A DNA stretch of 63,621 nt, filler included, from Octopus bimaculoides (taxonomy: Eukaryota): assembly GCF_001194135.2 (NCBI RefSeq). It is 7 parts of 6 records of this genome, joined end to end, with 100 filler letters (N's around TTAATTAATTAA, not from the genome) between each part and the next. Parts side by side here need not be neighbours in the genome. Positions count along the whole stretch, not along the records: positions 1 to 21,058 come from NC_068984.1; 6 more parts are not named here. One strand, written 5' to 3'. Both the position numbers and the translations under genes were made by a program. The notes under the pieces are model-generated. The model was not told the origin of the DNA and searched no databases. It saw only the letters and a list, made by a program, of their open reading frames with translations. Below are positions 1 to 11,583 of this stretch, in pieces (position 1 is the stretch's first letter; every line of letters begins with the position of its first letter).

Positions 1-400
1 CGTAAGCACGTATGTATACAAATATGTATGTATGCAGACATGTATGTACGTATATAAGTATGTGTGTATGCACAGACAGGCATATTTTCATATATGTGTC
101 TCAGTGTATGAAGATATAGATAGCTACACATGCATATTTCTATGTATATATATATATATCCATGCACGTATGCATACATTTGTGTATGTGCGTATGTATG
201 CATGCATGCATATATGTATGTATATGTGTGAGTATGCATGCATGGGTGTGTCGATGGATGCATATGCGCATGTAAGTATATGTGTACATGCCTCAATGTA
301 TGTATGTATGTATGTATGTATGTATGTGCGTATGCATGCATGCATGTATTATGTATGTATGTATGTATGTATGTATATGCAATGTATGCACTAGAGATTA
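1..400. repeat. Degenerate (TATG)n/(CATG)n/(TA)n low-complexity tract
   Basis: Continuous imperfect TATG/TGCA/TA repeats; overlapping ORFs are repeat read-through. Confidence 0.9.
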
Positions 401-942
401 TTTCTGTGTGTAAAATTAATGACTCACTCCGAAACAGCCTGACTCCTGGTTTGTAGTTTTCCATCAATATGGCAGCCATAGCTGAAACGTAAAATTTTGT
501 GGTATTCCCTAAAGTATGGTGTGTGAATGCATGTATATACATACAGATATATGCATGTATACATAGTGTATATAATGGATCATGATCCAAAGTATATCCT
601 CATGAAGCACATCCGCATGTTCACATTAATCAAATGTATGTATTTAGACGTTTTATATCGAATAGGATATATACAGCTACTGAAATTTCCAGTGAATTCT
701 ATTTAACGAGCAGTTACATATCAAAAGAGAAGACTGAAAAAATTGTTTTATCTTTAACTCCATGTTATTCATGTTTCGTTACAGGATAGGAGTTATAAAG
801 ATATACATGTAGAAAAGATGTATAGAATCTCGTATCTGTGATTTTACAAAGATTCAAAAATAATTTTATTATTTAGTATTTTTTTTATCTTTATCTGAGA
901 ATTACGGATAGGAGAATCTAGACATTTTTCTGCGTGTATAAT

Positions 943-1735
943 TTAGTAAACTCACACCCTGTAATGAAACACTTGTCACACGGAATTGAAAATATATACA
1001 AATTTTCCGGTCCTTTGTTTTGACACATGTGTATGTATGTATGTATGTACGAGTTATGATAATAGTGATGATGGCACTGATAGGTCCGATAATATATACC
1101 TTCTTTATGTGGGCAAAGACTAAAAATCTCACTTCTGTAGNNNNNNNNNNNNNNNNNNNNNNNNNNNNNNNNNNNNNNNNNNNNNNNNNNNNNNNNNNNN
1201 NNNNNNNNNNNNNNNNNNNNNNNNNNNNNNNNNNNNNNNNNNNNNNNNNNNNNNNNNNNNNNNNNNNNNNNNNNNNNNNNNNNNNNNNNNNNNNNNACTC
1301 TTTCACCACAACTTTCTCTCACTCTTACTTCCTGTTTCTGTTGTGCCTGTAATTCAAAGGGTCAGCCTTGTCACACCGTGTCACGCTGAATATCCCCGAG
1401 AATTACGTTAAGGGTACACGTGTCTGTGGAGTGCTCAGCCACTTGCACGTTAATTTCACGAGCAGACTGTCCCGTTGATCGGATCAACTGGAACCCTCGA
1501 CGTCGTAAGCGAAGGAGTGCCAACAACGCAACGCAACTTAGTAAACTCACACCCTGTAATGAAACAAGTGTCACACGGAATTGAAAATATATACAAATTT
1601 TCCGGTCCTTTGTTTTGACACATGTGTATGTATGTATGTATGTACGAGTTATGATAATAGTGATGATGGCACTGATAGGTCCGATAATATATACCTTCTT
1701 TATGTGGGCAAAGACTAAAAATCTCACTTCTGTAG
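943..1735 (+). repeat. 198-bp direct duplication (943-1140 / 1538-1735) flanking an N gap
   Basis: Copies identical except the dinucleotide at 972-973 (CT) vs 1567-1568 (AG). Confidence 0.9.
1297..1537 (+). mobile_element. SINE family C, 3' body and CAA-type tail
   Basis: Matches the 3' part of the copy at 13085-13375 (gggccagccttgtcac...ccacttgcacgttaatttcacgagc...gatcggatcaa...gagtgcca). Confidence 0.8.
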
Positions 1736-2207
1736 TTTAGGTAGATGTCCGGTGTTGAAAATTTTTTAATTTGATGCTTTTCTCGGCTAAACATGATCTA
1801 CATTTTCTGCTGCTATTAAAATATGCCTTGCATTACTCTAAAATGTTCCACTTTATGTTGTATGTCGTAGCGCTTACCTTTCACGGCCATTTGCGTGATG
1901 TAAATTACATAATCAAACCGCATCAACTCTTCAGTAAGGTGTTACCTTTATACGCAACGTTAGTGGAGTGTAGAATTCTTGACGAAAGTAACCATCGTGA
2001 AGACAAGAACCAACTCTGCGATGGCTACTTCTTTGAAGAAATCTTTAATCCAGTGATGTTACGTATAAACGTTATATATGCCTCTGAAGTTTTCACTATA
2101 CGTCTTGATTATGTAAGTTACATTATGTAAGTTACATTATGTAACTAATAATCATTTTTGTTAACGAAATATATGTAAATGGTGTAGTTAAACATCTTTA
2201 AAAATCT

Positions 2208-2604
2208 GAGTGGCTGTGTGGTAAGTAGCTTGCTTACCAACCACATAGTACCGGGTTCAGTCCCACTGCGTGGCATCTTGGGCAAGTGTCTTCTACTAAA
2301 GCCTCGGGCCGACCAAAGCCTTGTGAGTGGATTTGGTAGACGGAAACTGAAAGAAGTCCGTCGTATATATGTATATATATGTATGTGTGTTTGTGTGTCT
2401 GTTTGTCTCCCACTATCGCTTGACAACAGATGCTGGTGTGTTTACGTCCCCGTAACTTAGCGGTTCGGCAAAAGAGACCGACAGAATAAGTACTAGGCTT
2501 ACAAACAATAAGTCCTTGGGTCGATTTGTTCGACTAAAGGCGGTGCTCCAGCATGGCCGCAGTCAAATGACTGAAACAAGTAAAAGAGTAAAAGAGTAAA
2601 GAGT
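2208..2604 (+). mobile_element. SINE family A (tRNA-derived head, internal TA/TG microsatellite, TAAAAGAG tail), near full length
   Basis: Head gtggctgtgtggtaag...ggttcagtccc with A/B-box-like motifs; 3' module ggcggtgctccagcatggccgcagtcaaatgactgaaac recurs many times in the window. Resembles octopus OR/OK-type SINEs from recollection. Confidence 0.9.
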
Positions 2605-2639
2605 ATAAAAAAAGTTGTATATGTGCGCGCGCGCGTGTT

Positions 2640-2640
2640 T

Positions 2641-2679
<39 letters not shown>

Positions 2680-2935
2680 NNNNNNNNNNNNNNNNNNNNN
2701 NNNNNNNNNNNNNNNNNNNNNNNNNNNNNNNNNNNNNNNNNNNNNNNNNNNNNNNNNNNNNNNNNNNNNNNNNNNNNNNNNNNNNNNNNNNNNNNNNNNN
2801 NNNNNNNNNNNNNNNNNNNNNNNNNNNNNNNNNNNNNNNNNNNNNNNNNNNNNNNNNNNNNNNNNNNNNNNNNNNNNNNNNNNNNNNNNNNNNNNNNNNN
2901 NNNNNNNNNNNNNNNNNNNNNNNNNNNNNNNNNNN

Positions 2936-3005
<70 letters not shown>
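2640..3005. repeat. (TA)n - N gap - (TG)n microsatellites
   Basis: Direct reading. Confidence 0.95.
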
Positions 3006-3006
<1 letters not shown>

Positions 3007-4829
3007 ATGCGCGCGTATATAGAGAAATTGGCGTCACTTAATGAGCCGAATATATATGATGATGAAACGATAATTATTTTCTTTTAATTAAGCCTGATTC
3101 AAACTATGCATGAATATGAAAATTGTTTTTTTCTCTTTTAAATCGCATAACTTTAAACGCAAGCCTATTAATTAATATAATGCTGTTCATAGTAATAACA
3201 ACACCAGAAAAATGAACTTTATTTTAACAACTTACAATATTCAATGTTATACTCTATATTAGTAAGACAAACTATTCGTAACTATTTAATTATATCGTCC
3301 CAGGATCTGTTGTAATAGATAAAGGAAAATATCTTATCAAAGATACGATCGTGAATTATCCTACCGTATAATCTCAAATGATTTTTCGAGCCATAGCTGA
3401 TACTAAGTTCAATACTGAGTAATTGTTGGTAATCAAACACTAAAAGTGGTTGCTATTCCGACCATTCTTGCAGTCTTGAAACCCATTAAAACAAAATACC
3501 AAAATATTCGACAATTTCACTGTCACCCGATGAAAAATAAGAAAACTATCGCGACTATCATTTTGAATGTCAATGTGTAGCAGTTTTCTCTTAAAGGCAA
3601 GCCTGTTATTCATCAGACGTCACCTCCAGTTGTCTATCTGAAATCTGTCTGGTAGCATTTTGTTCACGACGGGCCTCAGGTTTACAGTTAGTCTCAAGGT
3701 TACTATGAGCTTCATTCTTAGCTATATTAACTTGAAATCTTTATTGTTGCTGCTGGCTTTAGAGCCCGCTGAAGTTTAGCACGTGTGAATGTTCCAAGTG
3801 TGGGACATCTTTTCCTGACGTATTACTGATGGGAAAAAATCATTTGTAGAAAATCACTGACAAAAGGGAAGACTGTCAATTGCCGTGGCTGCTATTTAGT
3901 CTCGCATCCACAAAACTTAAGTTCCTGCTTAATTAAAAATCAGCTGAAATGTCATTTTCAGCAATTATCGTGTCATACCAGTACAATCATCACTAGCACT
4001 GCATTAATCAAGTACTCCCCTCTAAAACTGCTGGAAAAGCGAAATAAAGGAAAAAGAAAATAAGGAACGAAGACAAAGGTATAGGAAAAGGGGAGCATTG
4101 AACAAAGAATGTGCTGCTTAGGAGACCTGAAATTAAAGAAATATGAGGGTGGGAAAAACATTGTTTTCGGCCTGAAAGTTTGACTCAGATGTCCGTAGGA
4201 ATCACGAGGTTCGAACAGTGATTGGCTCATTGAATGATGAAGCCAGTAACTAGAGATGAGAAACGGTCGAGGCCAACTTTGCAATTCCGTGAAGGTTGCA
4301 CAAGGAGCGATTTCCACGTTGGTGGGCGAGCAACTACGAGATGATGTGAAGGTCGGGTTTAGACTGGATTTCTCAACTGAACTTGGATGGCAACAATTGT
4401 ACTGATGAGTACATATAGACTGTTTATACCTTCTCATTGTTTAGAGATATTTTGTAGGAAGACGCTCACTATTGCATGAAGCGATCTTGATATCAGGAGA
4501 ATGTGTGGTGTTGTGAGCTAAAGGAGCAGATGGAGATGATCATCTGGAATGGTGGGCAGAAGTGACACTGGGAGCAAGTCGGCTGAGTATAATGTTTCGT
4601 CGAAAAAGCCAGTTTGCACGCGGGAGTCGATGGGTAAGGAATGAAGTGCGATTTCTCTGCGGCTTTTGGTAGTTGTACATTTATCCTGCTTGTTCGCAAC
4701 GGAACTCTGTGTTCTCTTTCTTCTTCTGTGTGAGGACCCGTGGTTAAAGACGAAACCATTGTTATTCGTTTATTTCTACTAAAGGTCATTTACTGGTCAT
4801 CTGTTAAGCTCAAGTATGCCCCACATTAA

Positions 4830-5131
4830 AGTACTACTGGCATATCAGGGATAGTGCTGCTTGATTAAGTCTGCCATATGCCCTAGGACTCGTAAGATCG
4901 CAGCTTATCCAGTTTCTCATGGCGTGTAAGTGACTGAGATCACAATACTTTATCCCTGAATGAGACGCCGATCGATTGTGAAGATAACTTTCCAGTTATT
5001 CCTGGAATTCATTTGCTTCTGAGTGAATTGGAGCAACGTGAAAGTGTTTTTCCCAAGAACACAACGCATTACTCGGTCCAGGAATTGAAACTGCGATCTT
5101 AAGCTCGTGAGTATCATACCCTAACGACTAG
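4830..5131 (-). mobile_element. SINE family C-type copy (tRNA head plus ttcacgttgctcca..cactcag core)
   Basis: Reverse complement begins gcgcgtggcctagtcgttaggg...gtttcaattcctggacc, the same head as 13085 and 49890, with a different tail. Confidence 0.7.
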
Positions 5132-5967
5132 GCCACGCGCGTTCACGATGATGCAGCCACTGCTGCTGCTATATTTAAAAACATCATAGAAGACCGTATC
5201 CAAACGAAACAGCACAACCAGTGGCTCACAGATCATCTCTTCTCCCAGCTCTTGGGAGCTAGCAACCCAGAAACCGTCTACCTCCGAACCCAATCTATGC
5301 TTATTCCCCCACACTGTAACTCATTCGGCCTACCCAACACCTAACAGGTACTTAACAATTCCTTCCTCGATCAGCAACCCTTTTGGAAATTTATTCATTA
5401 TGTGAGCGCTTACAAAATCCAAAAACACAGCCCTTCATCCTCTTCGAGATGTATTTTCGGTATTGAATTTTTCAATCATTTCTAGAACGTACTTACGCCT
5501 CAGGACACAATCATCAGTCAAGGCTATCTAATTCCTTTGGCTAGTTTGCGTTTGCTGTTTTGCTTCTAATCCCTGCGCTAAACACTTCATCTAAACCTTT
5601 ATCTAGAATTGCAAGCTTCTGAGGCTCTTTCTTTCTCGACATTTTCACCTATGACTAAAACAGCAACTATATAATTCTAGGAAGGCACGTGAAGGCAAAA
5701 AAACCTGCCCACCTTTTGGGGGGGGGGATTATGCAGAACAAATATCATTTGCTATTGAATCACAATAACAAACAACTGCACCTGAATGAACAGCGCAATT
5801 TAAGGCGTGCCACATTTACATATGATATACATAAGTGTAAATGTATATGCGAGAAGTTATATATATGCATGTATGCTTGTATATCCATGTATATACACAC
5901 ACAGGCGCGCGCGCACATACACACACTCACACACACATGCACACACACACACATACATATATATACA

Positions 5968-6620
5968 TACGAGTAATGAAACGAGCAAGAAAATTCTCTT
6001 CATCAGCTTCAAACAGTTCCAGATTGCTCGTGGACAAAGTGCACCTGGTGCGTTTCTGTTCAGGAGTGAAAAGGCAAGGGACCCACCTTGCAAAAACCTT
6101 TGAGAACCCAAGTTCTTTTGTCACAATGTTGTCTGTTCTTTCAGTTGAGATGCCCAGTCTCTTGGCTATCTGATGACATGATATTCGACGGTCTTGCATT
6201 ATCATACCAAGAGCAAGGTCAAGGTTGTCCTTGGTGGTTGCAGTTGGAGGTCTCCTTGGTGTGGGATCATCTTCCACACTCTCCCTGCCACGCTGGAATT
6301 CATTTACGCAGCGTTTCACTGTTGCATATGAAAGAGCATTGTCTGTTAAGGTTCTCACCATATCTTCATGGATTTCTCATGGAGTCATGCCTTTCAAATG
6401 AAGGTACTTTATGACAGCACGATACTCAGTTTTTTCCATTTTCCTTGTAAATTCGAAGCTTGTTTATTCAAAAATCTGCAACAAAAAAAATTAAAATATC
6501 AGAATCATGAAAATGAGCAAGAATACTTCGAAAAGACTGTACTTACCAGAAAAAAATGTTTCAACTATATAGCAGCCCCGATTCTAGGTTAGGCTCAAAA
6601 CTTTTCAGACACCCCTCGTA
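5968..6620 (-). mobile_element. Mariner-family DNA transposon, internal-deletion derivative
   Basis: 5' TIR tacgaggggtgtctgaaaagttttgagcc ending at 6620 with TA; only the terminal TACGAG of the other TIR remains (5968-5973). Confidence 0.9.
5974..6439 (-). pseudogene. Mariner transposase N-terminal DNA-binding region; premature stop, truncated just before the first catalytic Asp
   Basis: MEKTEYRAVIKYLHLKGMTP*EIHEDMVRTL...EFQRGRESVEDD...DRRISCHQIA...RWVPCLFT...FLARFIT; WVPxLxT is the mariner signature. Confidence 0.9.
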
Positions 6621-6623
6621 CTG

Positions 6624-6669
6624 TATATATGTGTGTGAGTGTATGTGTGTGTGAGTGTATGTGTGTGTG

Positions 6670-6709
<40 letters not shown>

Positions 6710-6775
6710 CGTGCGTGCGCGCATGTGTACATGCGTTATATACAGTTGAATGTACACACACAAACACACACACAT
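6624..6775. repeat. (TG)n-rich microsatellite
   Basis: Direct reading. Confidence 0.95.
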
Positions 6776-7532
6776 TCTTGAAATTTATGAGTAAACAAAT
6801 GAAAGATAGTAGAACTTAAGACATGTGAGAGTTAAAAGTGTTTATTAACAACCTGACACGACTTCACATGTTTCGTTAACTTAGATAATCTGCTAATTCA
6901 CCAAATGTCGATGTCTGGCGTGAAGGAAATAAAAATGGTTTTTAAGTGAGAATTATTGAGGGTGAAGTTCCATCGATTCACTCTTGTGCAAACAAATTGG
7001 TTAAACAGCGACAACAGATAATTCTGTTTCGGATTCCACGTGTGGTGCCTAGTGATCTTACAAGCTTGTATGATTTTGTCAACGATGTCAAATAGGAATG
7101 AGAAGAAACGGAGTGGAATAAATAGTATCTCCAAGCGGAGATGTAACTAACTTATCTAGTGATGTGCCAGATTATACATCCCATACGTTAACAACATTCC
7201 ATAGAAACGTACATCTGTCTCAGGTGACTGTGTTGTGTGTCGTGCATAGCAGCATATGATATCTTTATTCGTAGCTGTGTATTTGTACTGGCAGTCTGCA
7301 CTGATGTTATGCGGAAAGGGAATCTCATTATAAACAAATGGGTCGTTTACGTTGAATTATATATGAGATAGCTGGAATTATGACGGTCTTTATCAGCAAC
7401 CAATAGTTTAAAGTTCATTAAAAGAGCATTTCTTTGGTGGCATTAATATGATAGATTAGTTTTCTTGTTAATTGATATTGCAGGCTGTTGCCATATATGA
7501 AATTTCACTTGGAGGGTTGGCAATTGTCAGCT

Positions 7533-7688
7533 CAGGCGCGGTCCCAGGAATTTTTTGAAGTGAGGGTATAAGGTCAGAAGGGATTACAATTCCAGGAGAA
7601 AAGAGCATAATAACATTATTTAGAAGGGCGCACTTCTTTTCTTGAGGGGGTGCACACGCCCTTCAGGCTCCCCTTGGGTCCGCCCCTG
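7533..7688. mobile_element. Small MITE with CAGG(G/C)GCGG termini (PIF/Harbinger-like)
   Basis: Left caggcgcggtcccagg vs right-end reverse complement caggggcggacccaag; CAGCT directly flanks both ends. Confidence 0.5.
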
Positions 7689-8022
7689 CAGCTCCAGATA
7701 GATAAGAAGAGAATCTGTCGAGGATACTCCGTATGATGTTGGGGTAGTCTTTTCTTTGGTCCTGGAGTGATTAGACGAAATGGGACAGGGAAGTGATTTC
7801 TCCCTCTCTCAGTACCTGAAGAAGACATATGTTGTCTCTTCAAATCATTGGCTGTTAAATCCGTATAGTTTCTCGTGATGCCATCGAATGGTGAGAGGAT
7901 AATTCTATAGCCCTTCCAGGAATTTTGCATTCGAAGGTAGAATCCTCTCAGTGGACAGTTTGTGGGATTTCAGAGTTATAGATTGCAGCATAGAGTAGCA
8001 TCATATGTGTACATGTGAATAT

Positions 8023-8582
8023 GTAGATAGGAGTAAAAGTAATGACAAGCAAGTTAGACAAGTAGATTTACGCTGAATATTAAATACATTTGATACTAAA
8101 GATGTACATGTGTATAGATTTAAAACAGTCCGACTTATAGAATATAAATGATATCAGGAGTTAAGTGGGTAGAGTTTTACGAGTCCAACCGCTGTTTCTG
8201 GGGGCTTGGTGGTCCGGAATAATGATAGTTACTTAGATCCATTCTCGGACAACACTGCCTCCGTCGTCAGGGGGTGAGTTTTACATTTGAGGTGTTGACA
8301 GGATGGAGTTCAACATCTCAAATGTAAGACTCTCCCCTGAAGACGGAGGCAGTGTTATCCGATAATGGATCCAAGTAACTATAATTATTCCAGACCACCA
8401 AGCCCCCAGAAACAGCCGTTGGACTCGTAAAACTCTACCCACTTAACTCCTGATATCATTTATATTCTATAAGTCGGATTATTTTATATCCATACACATG
8501 TACATTTGTTGTATTAAATTTATTTAATATTCTTTGTAAATCGAGTTACCTAACTTGCTTGTCCTTACTTTTACTCCTCTAC
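8023..8582. repeat. 560-bp palindrome (fold-back) with an 11-nt loop
   Basis: 8129-8298 vs 8310-8478 reverse-complementary with 11 differences by manual alignment; outer arms more diverged. Confidence 0.95.
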
Positions 8583-8680
8583 CTGCCCATGATTAAATCT
8601 CTTGAGCACATCGAAGTGTATTCTGTATAGAGAACACCTGTCTCTAACTTATAANNNNNNNNNNNNNNNNNNNNNNNNNT

Positions 8681-8714
<34 letters not shown>

Positions 8715-8832
8715 AACACACATATATAGATGGATGGATAGATGGAGGGATGGATATATATATATATATATATATACTTTTTTATTATTGAAGCTGCAAA
8801 AGCATCACAAAAACCTGCTACTCAGAGTCATG

Positions 8833-9845
8833 GGATCCCGGATTTGTTGCCTGTGTACCGTCGTCTGTCCCTCAAGGTCAAACTAGTTTGACTTATGTAG
8901 TCGCCATCACATCCTCCACATTTGAGAACATAGATTATGTTCTTTGATGCACAGGTGGAGTGATTTTTTATGGTAAAAGTTTGACCTGACTTAAATTTAT
9001 ATGTTGAGCCATCCAAAAGGAAGATGCAAGTCCCGCAGTTTGGACGGTTGCACTTTTTGACAAGTGGAGTTGTATTTTTGGTGGGTAATTTGGCGCTGGT
9101 GAGTAATCTTTTTAGGGATTGCGGTTGTCTCTTGTTTTTAATAATCCTATGTGTTTCTAGTGCTTTTTTCATTCGCAGGTCATTCATAAGGAGGGGTATG
9201 TTTTGGTCGATGATGTTGTATGCGTCCATGTTCCTCGGATTGTGTGTTGATACGTAAGAAAAAATTTTAAGTGTGTCATGGGGTTTTCTTGTTTTCCGTA
9301 ACTCTTGGATGTCTATCATTTTTGCATGTTCTATTCCGTTTTTGATTAGACTGGCCGGGTATTTTCTATCTAGTAATGTTTTGTTCAATTCTTGGAGTCG
9401 CTTTTCTCAGGTTTCAAGATTTCACGCAATCGTGCAAATGCTACGTTGAACGGTATATTTATTTTAGTATGTTTTGGGTGGCAGGAGCAGAACAGAAGAT
9501 ATTGTTTTTAAGTCCGTTGGTTTGAAGAAGTCGGTTTCAATTTCAGTATCTCTTTTTATGATTAAGATGTCCAGGAATAGTAGCTATTTGTGGCTGTATT
9601 CCACTGTGAACTGGATACTGTGGTTAATGTTGTTGATTAAACTTTTAAATTCTGAGAGTTGCTCAAGGTTATGTGACCCCAGAATGAAATAGTCATCCAG
9701 GTAGCGTTTCCATTTGGTGAGTAAGTATTTTTGGAAGTTGTCTCCAAATTTCAGTCTAGCGTGCTTGTATATTTGGACTTCCAAGTATGCCATGACAAGG
9801 TTAGCAAAAGTAGGGGCCACCCTCGTTCCCATCGCCGTGCCCGGC
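8833..9845 (-). mobile_element. Penelope-like retroelement (Neptune-like) RT-thumb-GIY-YIG fragment, truncated at both ends
   Basis: GTAMGTRVAPTFANL, WKRYLDD, SCHPKHT, Cys linker KCNRPNCGTC, NIIYVLKCGGC..YISQT..LRDR; stops and frameshifts. Confidence 0.92.
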
Positions 9846-11128
9846 AATAACGAATACCCGGAGCTACTTACTCTTTGACAGTTCCCTCATGCATGTTATA
9901 ACATTAAGCTGCTGGAGGACATAAGCAGCCCCGCACCACTTATATCATTGTATTCCCCCCAGACCCTTTATCTTTTCTTGTTTATTTTTATTGACATATC
10001 CATTGTAATGGTTTTAACTTGTGACCTCGATTCAAATTGTAACTGACCAATTGTAGAGACCGCTGGACTTAGACGTACTCCATTGTGGACAATAGGTGGG
10101 ATTCTCGGTAATATTTCTGTGAGTAAAATTTCTTACGCATCCTACGGTCATGTTTTCGATACATTTACTTGAGTTTACTTCGTTAACATAGGTACTGCCC
10201 TTTGATAATTATGTTTGTAAGTTTCCTTATATATATATTCTTTGATAACTTCTTTCCTTAAATTTTAAAACATTCCCCCCCCCCCACTTAAACTGAAACT
10301 AGCCGTAAATAAATTGTAGTATTCCCTAGACCATTACTAGCTCATTCTTTTACCTACGGACCTCGTAGCCCCATGAACGGTAGATTATATGCTTTTAATA
10401 TATTGGGCTTCTAGACTTCTTTTCTAGGCCATGTTTTCTTTCCTATTCCTTCTTCCCTTTGTTTATATTGGATGGTCTTGTTTTTTTTACTCTGATGAAG
10501 CTCCGTGCCTTAATCCGAANNNNNNNNNNNNNNNNNNNNNNNNNNNNNNNNNNNNNNNNNNNNNNNNNNNNNNNNNNNNNNNNNNNNNNNNNNNNNNNNN
10601 NNNNNNNNNNNNNNNNNNNNNNNNNNNNNNNNNNNNNNNNNNNNNNNNNNNNNNNNNNNNNNNNNNNNNNNNNNNNNNNNNNNNNNNNNNNNNNNNNNNN
10701 NNNNNNNNNNNNNNNNNNNNNNNNNNNNNNNNNNNNNNNNNNNNNNNNNNNNNNNNNNNNNNNNNNNNNNNNNNNNNNNNNNNNNNNNNNNNNNNNNNNN
10801 NNNNNNNNNNNNNNNNNNNNNNNNNNNNNNNNNNNNNNNNNNNNNNNNNNNNNNNNNNNNNNNNNNNNNNNNNNNNNNNNNNNNNNNNNNNNNNNNNNNN
10901 NNNNNNNNNNNNNNNNNNNNNNNNNNNNNNNNNNNNNNNNNNNNNNNNNNNNNNNNNNNNNNNNNNNNNNNNNNNNNNNNNNNNNNNNNNNNNNNNNNNN
11001 NNNNNNNNNNNNNNNNNNNNNNNNNNNNNNNNNNNNNNNNNNNNNNNNNNNNNNNNNNNNNNNNNNNNNNNNNNNNNNNNNNNNNNNNNNNNNNNNNNNN
11101 NNNNNNNNNNNNNNNNNNNNNNNNNNNN

Positions 11129-11205
<77 letters not shown>

Positions 11206-11420
11206 ATCGATGGAGCGTCGACCAAAATACATTGTTGTATTTGGATGTGACTATTTATGTTCAGTATAAATAAAGTCAAGGTCAATTTTCCCTTTCATTC
11301 TATTTGTGGACAGTCGATGTAATTGTCTATCACTTGAATGGTAGTGCACCAGCATGACTAGAGTTCAGACTAAATATATGCACATTGAAACATGCATCTA
11401 TATACCCACCCCTTCCTTTC

Positions 11421-11546
11421 TTCGGCAAAAGAGATCGATAGAATAAGTACTAGGCTTACAAACAATAAGTCCTGGGGTCGATTTGCTCGACTAAAGGCGG
11501 TGCTCCAGCATGGCCGCAGTCAAATGACTGAAACAAAAGAGTAAAG

Positions 11547-11549
<3 letters not shown>
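11421..11549 (+). mobile_element. SINE family A 3' module followed by (ATAG)n
   Basis: Near-identical to 2460-2600. Confidence 0.85.

Positions 11550-11583
<34 letters not shown>

Noticed and set aside
2208-2290. tRNA genes at SINE heads
   Set aside because: A/B-box-like motifs only; no cloverleaf, and each continues into a SINE body.
3973-4789. ORFs 3973-4437 and 4493-4789 as host exons
   Set aside because: No recognisable domain or convincing splice structure; moderately GC-rich DNA of unknown, probably repeat, origin.
8337-8425. Functional hammerhead in the palindrome arms
   Set aside because: Core words are present, but GAAA after the hairpin reads ATAA/AGAA and only 2 bp of stem I can form with the downstream GAAAC motif; kept only as a decay signature.
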